Positions 37,681-51,470 of a DNA stretch of 64,000 nt are shown piece after piece. The notes under the pieces were generated by a model that saw nothing but the letters and a program-made list of their open reading frames with translations, was not told where the DNA came from and ran no database searches. Numbering within the stretch: position 1 is the first letter of the stretch; every line of letters begins with the position of its first letter. Source of the DNA: Phoronis australis (taxonomy: Eukaryota; Animalia; Phoronida); assembly GCA_002633005.1 (NCBI GenBank), contig NMRA01000459.1, positions 1 through 64,000 on the forward strand. Reading direction: 5' to 3'. A program made the position numbers and the translations under genes.

Positions 37681-40600
37681 TGACTGACTCGTAAACAAAT
37701 GCAAACGACAACCGAACTTCTCACAACCAAGATAAAACAATGACTGACTCGACGGATCACACAGTCAGACCATGTGAAAACGAAATGGCGGGAAATTCTT
37801 AACCCCCTTAACGTCACTTCCGGAGTAAGGCACGACTAATTAATAAAATTACGGGAAGCCGTTATTAACTGAAACAAATGTCTGGGATCATCAAAGAACC
37901 GTATTTTTACTAAAAGTGACATGGAAATGGTTGCCTTCTCCTTTAAGACCGTGCGTATTCCATTATGGCAATATTAAATACGAGTGGCCCAGGTTTACTG
38001 TGGCCTTTGTCACGAATTAGTAAGTGTCTGTTTTGCATAATGGTTCTTGCTCAGAATCGTCCTAGTCTTTTGATCTGCTGTTGCCATTGCAACTTATTGG
38101 CAGGTGACCAATCGTCTTCCATCCATTACATCATTTGGCGGGAAGCTTTGAAATAACTTATTTTTCTTCATAATTAAAAAATTCTCTACTATTTGGGACA
38201 AAAATGCTTGTTTAGTTAGATTTTATGGTATTAATTTAATAATAGTTACTTAAACCTCAAAACTAAGAAAATGCGTGGTGGGAATTCTTTAATTTTTAAA
38301 ATCTATTTAGTTGCAGTCATGCGCGTAACTTCAGAGGGTTTGTCTGGGGCGTGACATTCTCATAGTTGGGCAAAAAGAGAAAAACCTTGGCAAAGAGGCT
38401 CATCCAAACAAATTATTACAAATTTGAAGGCTTTGAAAAAAAAAAAACTAAACGTGAGGTAAAATTACCCGACTTCACTGTCTGTTTATAAAGCATAAAT
38501 TTTGTTATTTTTCCTCAAGATGAATTTCTGCTTAACAACTAGAGAGATAAAATTTCTCAAGGAAAAAATAGTCGACAACTTCACGTCCGTTACCGTGGCA
38601 ACGTTTACTTTTGTGCCACTCCTTTCTTAATACATGAAGTTACCGTGTAGGTTCAGATCAACTCGCTTTATCAGTTATGCTACATGTGCTCACCAAACAG
38701 GATTGTGTGTGATCAAAATGGGAGTTATACAACTTTTTAACGAACGAGTCTCAAATCATTGGATGACCATGTTTGAGGGCGAGCTCAGTTAATCTCGTCA
38801 TAAGGGCACATGTCATGCTGGTGAGTAAATCAATCATTTTTGTAATTGACGAAACTCGAGTTAAATGAATTTCACGAGTAGAAAGGCGTTGAAATTCTGT
38901 TATATACTTGCTGCAATGTTCGTGAAGAATAAAACTTCTCTCTACAGAGTAAGAAAAGCAAACATTAACGTCCTGATAGTAGTCACCACGTACATGTAAT
39001 AAAAATAAGAAACTGCCAATTCAAGAACATCACCTTACGTAGAGTGAAATATGTAGAAACATTCCTATACTTGGTTCAGATAACGCATTCGTAACCTGCG
39101 TAGTGCGTCACCACTTCCTGTTGGAGATACTGTATTTTTTAATTTACTTTTTCTAGAAATTGACAGAACAGGGCCATGCTACCTTTTATAGTTAATGAAA
39201 CATGACCAAACCCTCCTGAAAATGTAACATTTCCGAAAAATGAAATGTGTCTTCTTTCACTTCCTCGTCTAATGTGAAAACACGAAGCTTCAAAAGGTTT
39301 CAGAAAGTTGGTCAAATTTTGTTTGACATCCCCAAAATCTAAGAACCCTAGTTTTGCCTTTGGCCGCAGTTCATGTCTGTGAATGAGTCAAACCCAGGTT
39401 AGTCATCATTACAAAACTGAGTATATTCTTCTGTGACACAGCTCTTGCAGGAAATCGTCACTCTGTAAGTACACATACGTGTGGACGAATCGCTGGTAAC
39501 GTTATCCCTGAAAAAGCTAAAGACAAGGTTGTCCTACATTGAATAGTATGCATCGTCGCATAACGAAGCGCCTCTGGCTGCTTTAAGCGTTTACAGGTGG
39601 ATAGGTAAAAATAACTACAGGGTGAGTGAAAAACATTTCAAAAAAGGAGACAACTGTGGATACGAAATCGTATTCGCGTGGAGTTACATCCCTGGATCGG
39701 ATTTGTTAGCAATGGTAACATTAAATTCACCTCCCTGATAATTCTAGTTCAAACAAACTCGATGGCGCGTACCAAAGGAACGAAGACGTTATGGTGAATT
39801 GCCGCAATTCAAATGTTTTATCGATTTCTAGCTTCCCGTGGTCCAGTGATATTATTTTAAACCCAATTCGCGCTTTATGTTTATTTGGTTCATTAGCTGT
39901 TATTTCCTTATACATATACAGTTGTATGGAGAAATAAAGACTTGGAAGCATATGACATAACAAGGTTCTCATCCATTACGCATCGTTATCGAATATCTGT
40001 CACGATATTATCTACTTGACGTACAGAATGCCTGACAGACTCCATTCTAAGTAAATGTTGTATTTCAGTAAGACTGTCGTTCCGTTGGCTGGCATACGCA
40101 GTCGGAAGGAATACATGGTAGTGAACATGCTGCCACTAATATTCTTATTTGTAATTGTGGATGGTGAGAAGGTGGGAGGGAGGGGATGGGAGGGAGGGGG
40201 AGGGAGAGAGAAAGGGTGAGACGGCCACAGTGGAAGAGACGGAAGGAGAGAGAGCGAGGCAGAGAATTTTACTTGAATATCTTAGAAGACTTATTCATGT
40301 CGCTTAATCCCAAGAGGCGCATCAAAGCATTGGCACGGTTAACAGTATTTAACTGCATATACCATATTACTCGTGCTCTATTACAATATAAGATTAATGT
40401 GTAATGCAAATCACATTGACAGAAAAAGTGAACTTGTAACAAACGTCCCACTTTTCTGAAAATTCCTGTAAACAGTGTCTTTAGTAGGAAAAAAGAGTCA
40501 TAAGCATTACATAACAAAGACAGCCGCTCACTACTATGGGTAACATTTGTCCTTCACTCTGTGGGTGAAGAATCTAAACCAAAACGTACTATTTTGTCCT

Positions 40601-42472
40601 TGGGGTAGCCTTGGTACAAAGCTGTATATTTATATATACACTGTATGCACCGATGTGGGTAAAAAAGTGGTAAGATAAAATCTGACACAAAATTAGTGTC
40701 ATTAAAAACTACAGTCTTCCTTGAGTAAACAAAATTATTTAACAGTGTTGGAAAAATGGCGTTCTACCGTTATTCTGCTGCTAAAGTTGTGGAGCGATCT
40801 TTAGCGACGGCTTTCGGGGCCATGAAATATTGCGTCACCTATTGGCCATTTTCTTTTTCCGCCGATTCTTCAGTCAACTGCTGTTCTTTCACGAGCTTGC
40901 GTACACGTCACAACAATTATTGGAACTGGTATAACTTCATTATAATTTTTTAGAATTCCGATACCGAAAAACCGAATTTCAGTACAAATTTTGCTTATCC
41001 GAAGTTGTCGCGAAAATTTAGAAAATGGCCCGTGCGCGTGACACGAACGTATTGTTTTCGAAACGACGACATACTTTTCATTGTTAGAAAAGGCGGAGAG
41101 TTACGCAAGGAAATGACGTTTATTGCATTGTTTTTCACTTAAACGGCTGTTACGGGCAAGGTGAGTATCGGTTGATTCCCAGATTTTGCATGCACCCCGT
41201 CCGGTCTTTAGCTTTACATTTTGATACAAGTTTCACGGCGCGGTGACGAGCAGAACTACCCTGGCTGTGTGCAATTTTGGGGTCTACGGAAGAAATACAC
41301 GCAGTGGGACCTAGCTGTATTTTGACGACAGTCATCATACAGCTAGCTGGCTGGCTATCCTTGGGGATGCTCTCCCATATAGGAGGAGTTGGTTGTGACG
41401 TGTTGCCGTCTTGAATAGGTATTTCACTATCAAGTATAGTCTCGGGTTGGACTTTGGACATTGTAGTAAATCTGGTATCTTCTTAGGTTGCTGAAAGGCA
41501 GCCTCTCATCGATATTTGCAAGACAGCCTCAGGATTTTCTCAAAGTGTGTACAGTATTCACACCAAGGACACATTTTTCGAAAATCGACTGTAGCGTGAA
41601 CTATTTTACAATTTTCTATGTAGGGCTCTGTGCCATGTTCGTTGACAATTAAGATAAAGACAGTAAAGTAAATGAGTCGCCGTATTTCTGAAGAGAATAT
41701 CCCATGTACGTCGTATTGTTTATTAATGATGGAACGTACATTTTTATTTGAGATAAACTGTAAAGTCGCATTGGTCCCCTGGTACAGTGCATTTGATTGG
41801 CTCTTCAGTTCAGATGCGCGTGCAGAGTTGGAAAGTCACTTCATTGTGCTAGCTGAAGTTTTATCACGTGATTTACAAAAAATCCAAACCATGTTCTGCA
41901 AGATTTAGACAGCGTTTAAGTATGAGCATCAGCTCAGAAATTAGTGGTGTGTCTTGACTGCTTTTATGTAAAGTGGAGAAACAGTATGTCAGATATTACT
42001 ATCTATTTATCAAAACACTGAGATGTAGTCACGCAATCCATTCAAATATTAGCAAAATGAGACAATCGAGCTGTTGTATGACGTGGCAACTATTGATTTA
42101 CTTTGTTCTTGTATTGTGTGCCAGGCTTAACTTTGTTTGGTGATCAAATATCAATAGCAACTTTTTGAATAAAACTGAAAGCCATTAGTAGTCAAATGAG
42201 TTTATACAAGCACACTATCATAGGCTACTATACATATAAACGTGTCTTGTTTTCATAACAGGTATCGGAATTATGATCCACTTCACTACGATATCAGATG
42301 TCAGGTTTTCCGCTTTTCGCTCAATAGACTAGGCACACAAGTTTGCCAACTGTATTGCGGCAATTGATTACGAGATTAATAAATGTATCGCATTGACCTC
42401 TTGATTGCGAGAGAGGACATATTCACAAAGGATTGTGGGATAATGGTCATTTCACTAGCAACGAGACCAGAG

Positions 42473-42724
42473 TTCAGTAACGCTGGACCTCGTTAAAAAG
42501 CAAGCTTTCACGAGATTACGTGAGATATTGCCGGGTATTTTCAATGAGAACACGTGATTTGGATAGATTTTTCTGGCCGCGAGACAGCTACGGAACTCTA
42601 CCCAGTGTCCACTAGCCAAAATCATTTCTGAGTGCTCTCATTGAAAACACACGGCAATATCTCGAGTACTCTGGCGAAGTCTTGCTTTTCTACCGAGGTT
42701 CCATGAGGTCCTAGCGTTATTGAA
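42473..42724. repeat. Degenerate foldback element
   Basis: TTCAGTAACGCTGGACCTC...GAGATATTGCCG...TTTTCAATGAGA pairs with TCTCATTGAAAA...CGGCAATATCTC...GAGGTCCTAGCGTTATTGAA. Confidence 0.75.
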
Positions 42725-44209
42725 TACTACATAGTTCTAGAAGCTTTTACAGACCTTCTGCTCAAAATCAGTCAGTTTCTCTTTCAGACTAAGGCTGAAA
42801 ATCGCTAGATTATCTGTGTGTACAACTCAAAAGACATGAATTGCATACTACAAAACCGGCTTTCGATAAAGACAAACAGGTAAAAAATCGACGTTTGGCT
42901 ATTCAAAATCAAGAACCTGTTTCGTGAATTGTGAGAGACTTTTGTCCACAGAAATTTGTTCAAAGACGTTAACAAGACTAATCTCATTAACCACCGCCAT
43001 TATTGTCTCATGGACCGTAGCGACACCTAGTGGGTGGATGTGCGCCGACGAAGTACGCGAGGCGTTCACGGCCATGGCCAATTTTAGTTTGTCAAATTCA
43101 AAATTGTGAAGTGCCTTTGTGACGGTTTAAAATATTCAGAACAAAAATATGAGCAGTTAAATGGGAAAATACATATAGAGGAAAGGTAAGAGGGTGACTC
43201 AGTAATCAGAGGTGAGCAGGTGAAAGTAGTGGGCAGGTACAGAACCTGTAGGATATTGTCCAGCGGGGTCAGGGAAGTAATAAACATAAGATAGATCGGC
43301 TGAAGAAGATGCAAGAGCAAAAACAGGGGGCGCCCCACAAACAAAATGGCGGAGATAGCTTTCTCCCCACACTATTGCAGGGGTTAATATCAATTAATTA
43401 ACTATTAATTATTAAAACTTTCAACACACAAACTTCGTTTTAAAATTAAATTGTGCTCAACTGAGTTGCACAAATCTCGTGCGTATTTGTTCTTAGGGAC
43501 GTTGCATGAAAAGATTACTTATTTTCAATAATATTGAGAATTCAACGTAGAAAACTCGCAAACACCCAGTGGATTTAGGAAACATAATGTAGTCGCTATT
43601 TTGGGACTGTTTCATGCTACCGGGCACTGGATCCGCAGCATCCGTGACTGATGGGATATGGAATGATGGGTAGTAAATTGGGGTGAGATGTGGTGAATGA
43701 AACTGGGGGCAAGAGGGATAGGGGCTTAAAACCAGCAAGAGACGGAATTCCAGCTTGCAGTCCAGTAAACCTGCCTTGTATGCCCCCGTAAAACAGCCAA
43801 GATTCCTATTGAATACACATTTCATTTAGGGTAGTTTTTACGATGCTTTCCACCACTTGTAAACCATTCGCAGTATAATAAATGTATTACCAGCAGTTAC
43901 TTAAAAGGTATATCCAGCCTACATCGGTAGGTAAAAATGGCTTCTGGTACTTCCCAGACAAACCACCCTTTTCTTTAGTCGCCACCAACAGTGGCATCAC
44001 GTCTTTAACAGAGGGTTCTCGAGGCTGCGAAGGGACCCACTTTTGTGTGGGGCTCTAGACTTTCTATTAGTTAGCTTAGTGTATAACGCAGTTCTGACTC
44101 ATCTGAGGTATCTCGTTTTGTAATTAATAGCCCTATGCTTGTGGCGACTGTCATAATGTACATGCACCAAAATAGAATTGTCATAACTACAAGAAGTAAA
44201 ACATTGCCG

Positions 44210-44590
44210 TGATCATCATCATCCTTAATGCCACCATCTCTACCGCCGCCACCATTACAATTGATGTGGTCGTCTAGATCGTCGTCACCACCAACACTTC
44301 AGTAACTGCCAACACCACCAGCACCGCCGTCATCATCTTCATCATTCCCATAATCGTCATTGCCACCATGATCACTACCACTACCACTAACTACCATATA
44401 ATCGTCATCATCACCAACACCACCACCGTCATCACCAACACCCCCACCATCATCACCAACACCACCACCATCATCCCCAACACCACCACCATCATTACCG
44501 TCACTATCAGCACCATCATCATAACCACCACCACCGCCACCAACAGCATCACAATCATCCACCACTCTCACCATCCCTACCATCCCCATC
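44210..44590. repeat. Degenerate (CAC/CAT)n low-complexity tract with a 21-bp higher-order unit
   Basis: CATCACCAACACCACCACC(A/G)T units; source of the poly-Gly/Asp and poly-Thr/Ile ORFs. Confidence 0.9.
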
Positions 44591-45360
44591 TGTTGTCCAT
44601 GTACAGTTAATATAGCTATTATCTTGGAACATACATGTACACGAGCGCGGTGGTGTTTTGGTTTAATTAAACAATAATTCAAATCTTAGTAGGTTTCCAA
44701 GTGTGGTACACTTAACCGGCGTTTTGTGCTTAAAAATCAACACAAATTAACTTTAATAAGAACGTAGTATAAGTACGCTTCCTACTGTCATTGACTTTTG
44801 ATGATTAAATTGTCAAGAAACTAATATCTAGTGCAGCTCAGTTTCAGCAATGATTTTATTTTGGCGAAAATGTAAATTACCATTTCTTTTAAAGAAGGAC
44901 GCAAACAAGAAAGAGTCTGTGCGATCTTGTTCTGTGGTTCAGAAGAGTGAAAGTTTAAAGAATGTGACTTGTGATTCTGTAGAAAAAAAAACACAATTCG
45001 AAAACATGAGAGAATCACATTAATATTGATTAGACACTAAACACCAGAGAAACTGAACGACGCACTATTACATGTGAGGTGCCGAGAAGATTCGTTTCAT
45101 AGGAAGCAAACATACCGGCAACATCATGTCACTCTCTCCCGGTGGAATATATGACCTTGTTTATTGCATTTCTTCTAAACGCCTGTAAGTGTCTATAAAT
45201 GTAGCTGGTATACTTGAAATTAGTAGACGTGTGTTTATAAAGGGTTATGTTAACTGTAATTATGATTTCATGTGTCATGAACAGCCTATTCTTTCGTTTA
45301 CTTACCGGAGAATTGCGAGGTACGTGTATAAACTAAACACAGCATAACTTAATATTCAGG

Positions 45361-47630
45361 ATGACCTAGCAAAGTATCTTACTAAAGCGTACAATCAGTT
45401 TCAGAAGAGGCTTCCTTCCAAACTCCCAACTCCAGGGAGTTATTATCATCATACTCAAAGGTAATAAACCGCGAAGTAATATAAAAAATGGAGGCCTATC
45501 TCTCTCTTGAATATCAGTTACAAACTTTTGTCGTCTTGTATTTCCCAAAAAGTTCGTTCTGTAATGCAAAAGTTAATACACCGTGACCAAAAGGGTTTTC
45601 TCTCTGGGCGTTTCATAGCAGAAAATACAAGGCAGACTTATGACTTGATGCATTTTACTGAGCAGTTGAATAAACCGGGTTTACTTGTACTGGTGGACTT
45701 TGGAAAGGCGTTTGACTCCTTGTCTTGGTCTTTTATTGACAAAGTTTTAAGTTTCTTTAATTTTGGTCACTCGATGAAAAAATGGGTCCATATACTAAAC
45801 AGAGGGACAAAGCAATGTGTTATACAAAACGGTGTCACATCTAACTTTTTCGACAGAGGGCGTGGTTGCAGGCAAGGTGATCCGTTATCGCCATACATTT
45901 TATTCTTTGTGCAGAGATTTTGGGCTGGCTCTTTAGACTAGACAACAGCGTTAAGGGCATCCAGGTTGGATCGGTGGAATACAAACTTATGCAGTATGCA
46001 GATGATACGGAGATATCTTTAGATGGCTCGGCACAGTCTCTGCGGAAAACACTTCACATTTCAAATCATTTTGCAAAATATTCTGGTCTAAAGCCTAACC
46101 TGGAAAAACAATTTGTAGGTAGCTATCAAAAACTATGCTGTGACGTAAAACTGAAATGGGCAACATCAGAATTCACTTTACTGGGTATTCAATTCTCCAG
46201 TGATTTAAATGAAATTCCCGAGATTAATTTTAACAGCAAACTTGGTGAAATGAAGAAGGCTATAGACATGTGGGGAAAAAGAAACTTGACACTGTTTGGA
46301 AGAATAACAGATGTGAAATCGATAATTATGCCAAAACTCATTCATTTTTTTACAAGTCTTCCGTCCTCTTCACAGGCCTTCCTGAAGCAGCAGAACAAAA
46401 TGTTCTACTGTTTTATATGGAACAGTAAAACGGAAAAAATATGTCATAAGATTTTGGCTCAAGAGTACAATGTTGGTGGAGCTAGAATGATTGACGTCAG
46501 TTCTTTTATGAAAGCCATTAAATTAACGTGGTTTCGTAGACTACTTTGTCTAAGTACTACAAGTCCATGGGCTGTTTTAGCAAATGGTCTGTTATCAAGT
46601 GTTTCAAAGAATTACTTACTGTTCGGGGATTTCTATTTTACAAAGATGTTCCAAATGCGTTTCGGAAAGAAGTCTTTCAATGTGTTCATGAATTCAGATT
46701 ATTAGTTCCCGAAAACAATGGTATTCATCAGCCTCTATGGTTTAATTCGATTATACCGATAGATAACAAGCCTGTTTTCTATAAACGGTGGTATCAAAAA
46801 GGCATAACTCATGTACACGACTTACTTAATTCTGATGGTTGTTACCTTAATTACGAGGAGTTTATACAGAAATTTGACTTTACCACTCAAGTAACTTTAT
46901 TTTACGGTCTACGAAGCTCATTATATGCTAACTGGAGTCATCTCAGAGAGGGGAAAGCATCAAGTAATTTTACCGCGTCGTCCACGATACATTGAAGTTA
47001 TTTTGGGAGATGTCAAGGGAGTAGATAAAATGTACCACGTTATTGTCTCTCAGAATTGTGGAAAAACAAAGTGTCAAATGAAGTGGAGTAAAAAATTAAA
47101 TCTCCCGGATACTGCAGAATGGTGGTACAATGTTTTTTCTTATATCTATTCATTCACCGAAGATGATTCTCTGAGATGATTCCAGTTTAGGCTGGTTCAT
47201 AGAATTATAGGCTGTAATGAATTTTTCTACAAGATTGGCGTAATTGATAGCTCAATGTGCACTTTTTGCTTAAATGAAATTGAATTTATTGTCCATGTGT
47301 ACTGGTCTTGTAACGTTACTCAGCAGTTTTGGACTAATAAAAATAACTGGCTCAAAGATGCTGTTGGACATAATTTAGAACTGTCTAGCTATGCAATCAG
47401 TTCTGTTTGGTGTTCAGGTGGAAGCAGTTTTACAAAGTATGGTTATTTGCCTCGGCAAGTACCACATTTATAAACAAAGGTTAAAGTGTAAATATCCCTG
47501 CCTTGCAATGTTTAAAAAGGAAGTTGCATTGTACATTTCCACTGAACGGTTTATATATATATAAACTAAATGAAGTATGGTGAATTTGTAGAGCGCTGGC
47601 AAGGTCTTGACCTTGTTTGCTTATTCTGAA
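45361..47630 (+). mobile_element. 5'-truncated L1/Tx1-clade LINE ORF2 (RT plus C-terminal zinc finger), frameshifted
   Basis: DQKGFLSGRFIAEN, LVDFGKAFDSLSW, RGCRQGDPLSPY, QYADDT, NLTLFGRI, FIWNSK, PLWFNS, FQFRLVHRI, CTFC...HVYWSC across five partial ORFs. Confidence 0.95.
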
Positions 47631-48464
47631 TGAATCATAGCCTCTACTTGTTTTTTCTCCACTGTCAAATTACCTTTGTACATAACAGCACTGTAAGTTA
47701 ACACCTTAACTGTTCCTTGACTAAAACAAAAAAGTTATTGCATCGTGTAATTGTGTTATCTGTACCGTACCTATTATATTGAATAACATGTGAACATAGC
47801 ATAAAAAAATTGGGATGATAGTTATGTAACAGAGCAAGTCTCCACTGAACCTCAAAATATGTATTTTCTCTCATCAGGCATTCGTTTCAGTTCAATTTGC
47901 ACATGATAACGATCAACTTTCCATGAAAGCAAAAGAAGGGAAACACCCTTCTCCTAAGCCTGTCGCTAGCGAAGTGCCCGACACATACAGTCGCGCCCAC
48001 ATGCCCACGTAACAAAGGCGCACTGAGACGCAACAAAGACATTAGCATAAGAATAACTGAACATTTGTAACTAAATAAGAATAACAATAAGCGTAAAGTT
48101 ACGAACGTCCCGTCACATNGGTGGTCGGTAGCCAGCACGCAGGTCTCACTTAATTTTCCTCGTTAAATTTCTTACATCGGCGTTTCTGATTGGCTAGTTG
48201 AATTCTCAACTGGCGACGCTTTACGCAAACAAACTGGCATGCCTGATGGACTGAAGTATAAATGTGGAGCTGTTGTGCAGACAAATCGGTGCTTAAAATT
48301 CATGTTCAGGAAATGTGAATCCTAGAAATTGTGGTTGCGCCTTTTCGGAGTGCATCTTTCTACTGTCGATGACTTTTATTTACGATACTGTCCTGTATTC
48401 ATACAGTTTAAATAACACACCGGTTAAATCGGCCAGATGTGTGTTTATTGTACATGTATGTGCA

Positions 48465-48987
48465 TCAGAATGCCAAACTCAATGTTCATCTCTATGGCAG
48501 GAGTGCTAACATCAAAGAACATCTCCTTCACTCTTAGAACAAGACTTGTGAGATGCTACATACATTCTGTACTGCTTTACGGATCTGAGACATGGACAAT
48601 GAATAAAAACATGGAGTAAAAAATAGAGGCCTTTGAAATGTGGACATTCAGACGGATGGCAAGAATCAGCTGGACAGAAAAAAAGACCAACAAAGATGTT
48701 TGTAACTAGCTCAAAATTAAACCATCACTCCTAAATACAATCCAAACAAGAAAACTGAAATACTTTGGTCACATTGAAAGGCATGACACCATCTGCAAGA
48801 AGATACGGGAAAGAAAAACAGAAGGGGTGAGCGCAAGAGGTAAACAACGCAGAATGTGGCTGGACGACATCATGGACTGGACGAATCTATCACTGCAAGA
48901 ATGTACCAGAAATGCAAGAGCAGAGCAGAATGGCGGATCATTTCAAGTCGACCTCTGAGGAGATGACACCACATGACGATGATGATG
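48465..48987 (+). mobile_element. RTE (BovB-like) LINE 3' fragment with (TGA)n tail
   Basis: RLVRCYIHSVLLYGSETWT...IEAFEMWTFRRMARISWTEKKTN...LKYFGHI; ends TGACGATGATGATG. Confidence 0.92.
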
Positions 48988-50943
48988 TGCTTCAAGCACG
49001 CGGCTATTAAACATCACCGTAGAAAGGAAATAGTTGCTGCTACGCCACTTGCATGACAAGGCTAAAAATCGTTCACAGTCCGCCATTTTTCACGTTGTTG
49101 TAAAGCTAAGCAATGACTGCCGAGGTTACACCAACCAATGCTACAGCGCGTGCTACCGCGTGATACCTGCGTGGGACGGGGCGGAGGCAATTGTTCCCCA
49201 TCAAAGGAAAAGACATAGGCTCTTTAGGTTTGGGGTAAGGGGCATCCAAAAAAGATAAAATGCTAGGTTAAAAAAGAAATTTCTTGAATTTCACTTTCAG
49301 ATTTACAGTAGTTACCCTACGACTGAGGTTACGCATAATCCGAAATGGCCGTCTAAGCTAAGCGACCAGTTTGCCGAATCAATTGCCGACCGGAGAGGCG
49401 ACTCAGCTGACGACTGCTAGCAGACCTTTGCTGGTCGGCTAGACGATTGGTCATCGACCGATTTCCGTCCGGCAGGACAAAAACTTGTGATTTGCCCTGT
49501 AATTATAGCCACCAACGTACACGTACAGTCGTCTCTACACTGGCGTTGCTTGTGAATAACCGTAATAAATTGTACTATAGAGGGAGGCGTATACTGAAGA
49601 ACACCAATAGCAGCCTGGTGTGTTTTGCCGCGATATTAATTAAATTTGATAAAAATACTGAAAATCATATTTCTAAACAAACGACTTCAGCCATCTCGAT
49701 TGGCTAGCGAATGACTCAGTCTGATGGCAAACAAGATTTCTACCCGAGCATAACATGAAGTACAAAAATATGGTACCACACTTTCAAGCATGCGTTGTAA
49801 TTATAACCTTCAAATTGTTCGAATACTTTGTTTTTGTATTTGAATTTTACAAACGCGATTTCAGATAAACGAAACGCCTACAGACAGGGCAAAATGCTAA
49901 CGGCAAGCAACAGGCAGACCAGATTAAAACAAGAAACTCCTGGTCAAACACTGTTGACGACGCGACTGACCGAATTTTGATGAAACTCCAAGCAAAGGTG
50001 TAGGGTTGAAATGCGCCGCCACTAATAGATTCTTTGAGGTATTCAACTACTTGGCACCACTATTTGGCGTTTTAGCTTAGTCGAAAAGTAATTCCTTGTT
50101 TGTTAATTGTTCCTGAAACAACTAAGTATATTTTGACGAAACCTGACCGAAGGGTAATTGGACAATATAGCCATACTATTTGGGAATGGACCGTCACAAG
50201 TCGATTTTCGTACCAGCAACTGTTGGCCACTTTGGTTAGTGACTAGCAATTAGTTGTACGCTATTATTGCCAAAATGGACGGACATATTTTCAATAGCGT
50301 AAGCGTGTTTTGCTGAGATGCCGGCACCCGCACAAGTCGATTTCCAGCCTTGACCAAAATTAGTCTAACGTCATATATTAAAGGATACAAATTTATGAAC
50401 AACCCATGAAGTACACAGATGTCGGTGCAATAACGAGGGCATTTCATTTTGTATATTAAGGGAAGACTTTTAATCCGTGTGTTTAGAGTAAACGTTATTA
50501 TTTTCAATCCGCTCGTACATCAAAAATTATGATATCAGTTAAGGTTTACTGTTAACACATCACACTGGGTTACGTAGGAAACATTGACAAATCTATTTTA
50601 TCAAATTATACTGGAAACCAATTTTGATACGCTGGTTTGCAGGTTCATCAGAACTTCGCGCTCCACATGACTGATATGTGTGCGCTATAGGGATTATCAT
50701 TAGAAAGCACATGGCCAAGTGACAGTGAATGAGTGCTAGCCTTTCTATAATTTAGAGTGGTCATCTAAATAAATTATTAATATTGACTGGCTTTTAGAAT
50801 AGCGAAAATCACGTGTTTATGTCACTCATGTGATTACTTGAGGGTTAACCATTATCAATGTATGGTTTCTACAGTGTATGACGTTTGGGTGAACCAAGGA
50901 GTCGCGTGTCAAGAGTCGTAAATACATGTATTTTCTCACAACG

Positions 50944-51470
50944 TGTTAAGGACTGTGCTTTGCAAAGATGGCAGTCCGATGTTGATTATATTCTAAGTTA
51001 AACTACTACAACAATTTTAAGGTTGTATTTGAACATGAAAACTATTTAGAAGTTGATAATCTTCCAAGTTCAAAGTTTTACACGTTTTCGATGTGCAAAC
51101 CACAAACTGGAAGTATTGAAACTGGTCGTCACGTAAATGTGATATATCAAGACAGAGTGTGTACATTATGCTCGAGGAATTGTGTCGAAAATGCATATCA
51201 CTTTTTGTTACTTTGCAACACTGTTTCCAAATCATAGCTACGTTTCTAAGCGAGAGCCTCTGGACAAGTCCCTCTCTGTTTAAATTTCATAGACTGTCAT
51301 GTAATCCTGATACCTCAGTTGTGAAATAAGTATGCTATGCATCTAAAAAAAATAAAAATAAACGGAACAGCTTGTGTATTGCTGAATAGTGTGCATAGCA
51401 CCGCAATGATCTTGTTTGTTTGTTTGTTGTACTTTGGACCGATGGCCATGTACATGTATACAAATAAAGA
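50944..51470 (+). mobile_element. LINE 3' end (RTE-X-like), copy 2
   Basis: Collinear with 18866-19420; ends near AATAAA. Confidence 0.8.

Larger units (their letters stand above)
36508..37942. mobile_element. Kolobok deletion derivative 2 retaining convergent KolX and THAP-transposase 5' ends
   Basis: Ends AGGGGAAGGCAGCC and GGTTGCCTTCTCCT|TTAA; imperfect TIRs of about 150 bp (36508-36655, 37776-37942); KolX motif on plus, THAP on minus. Confidence 0.9.

Noticed and set aside
44299-44682. Gly/Asp-rich ORF resembling a biomineralisation protein
   Set aside because: A trinucleotide low-complexity tract open in several frames; no signal peptide or clear exon structure.
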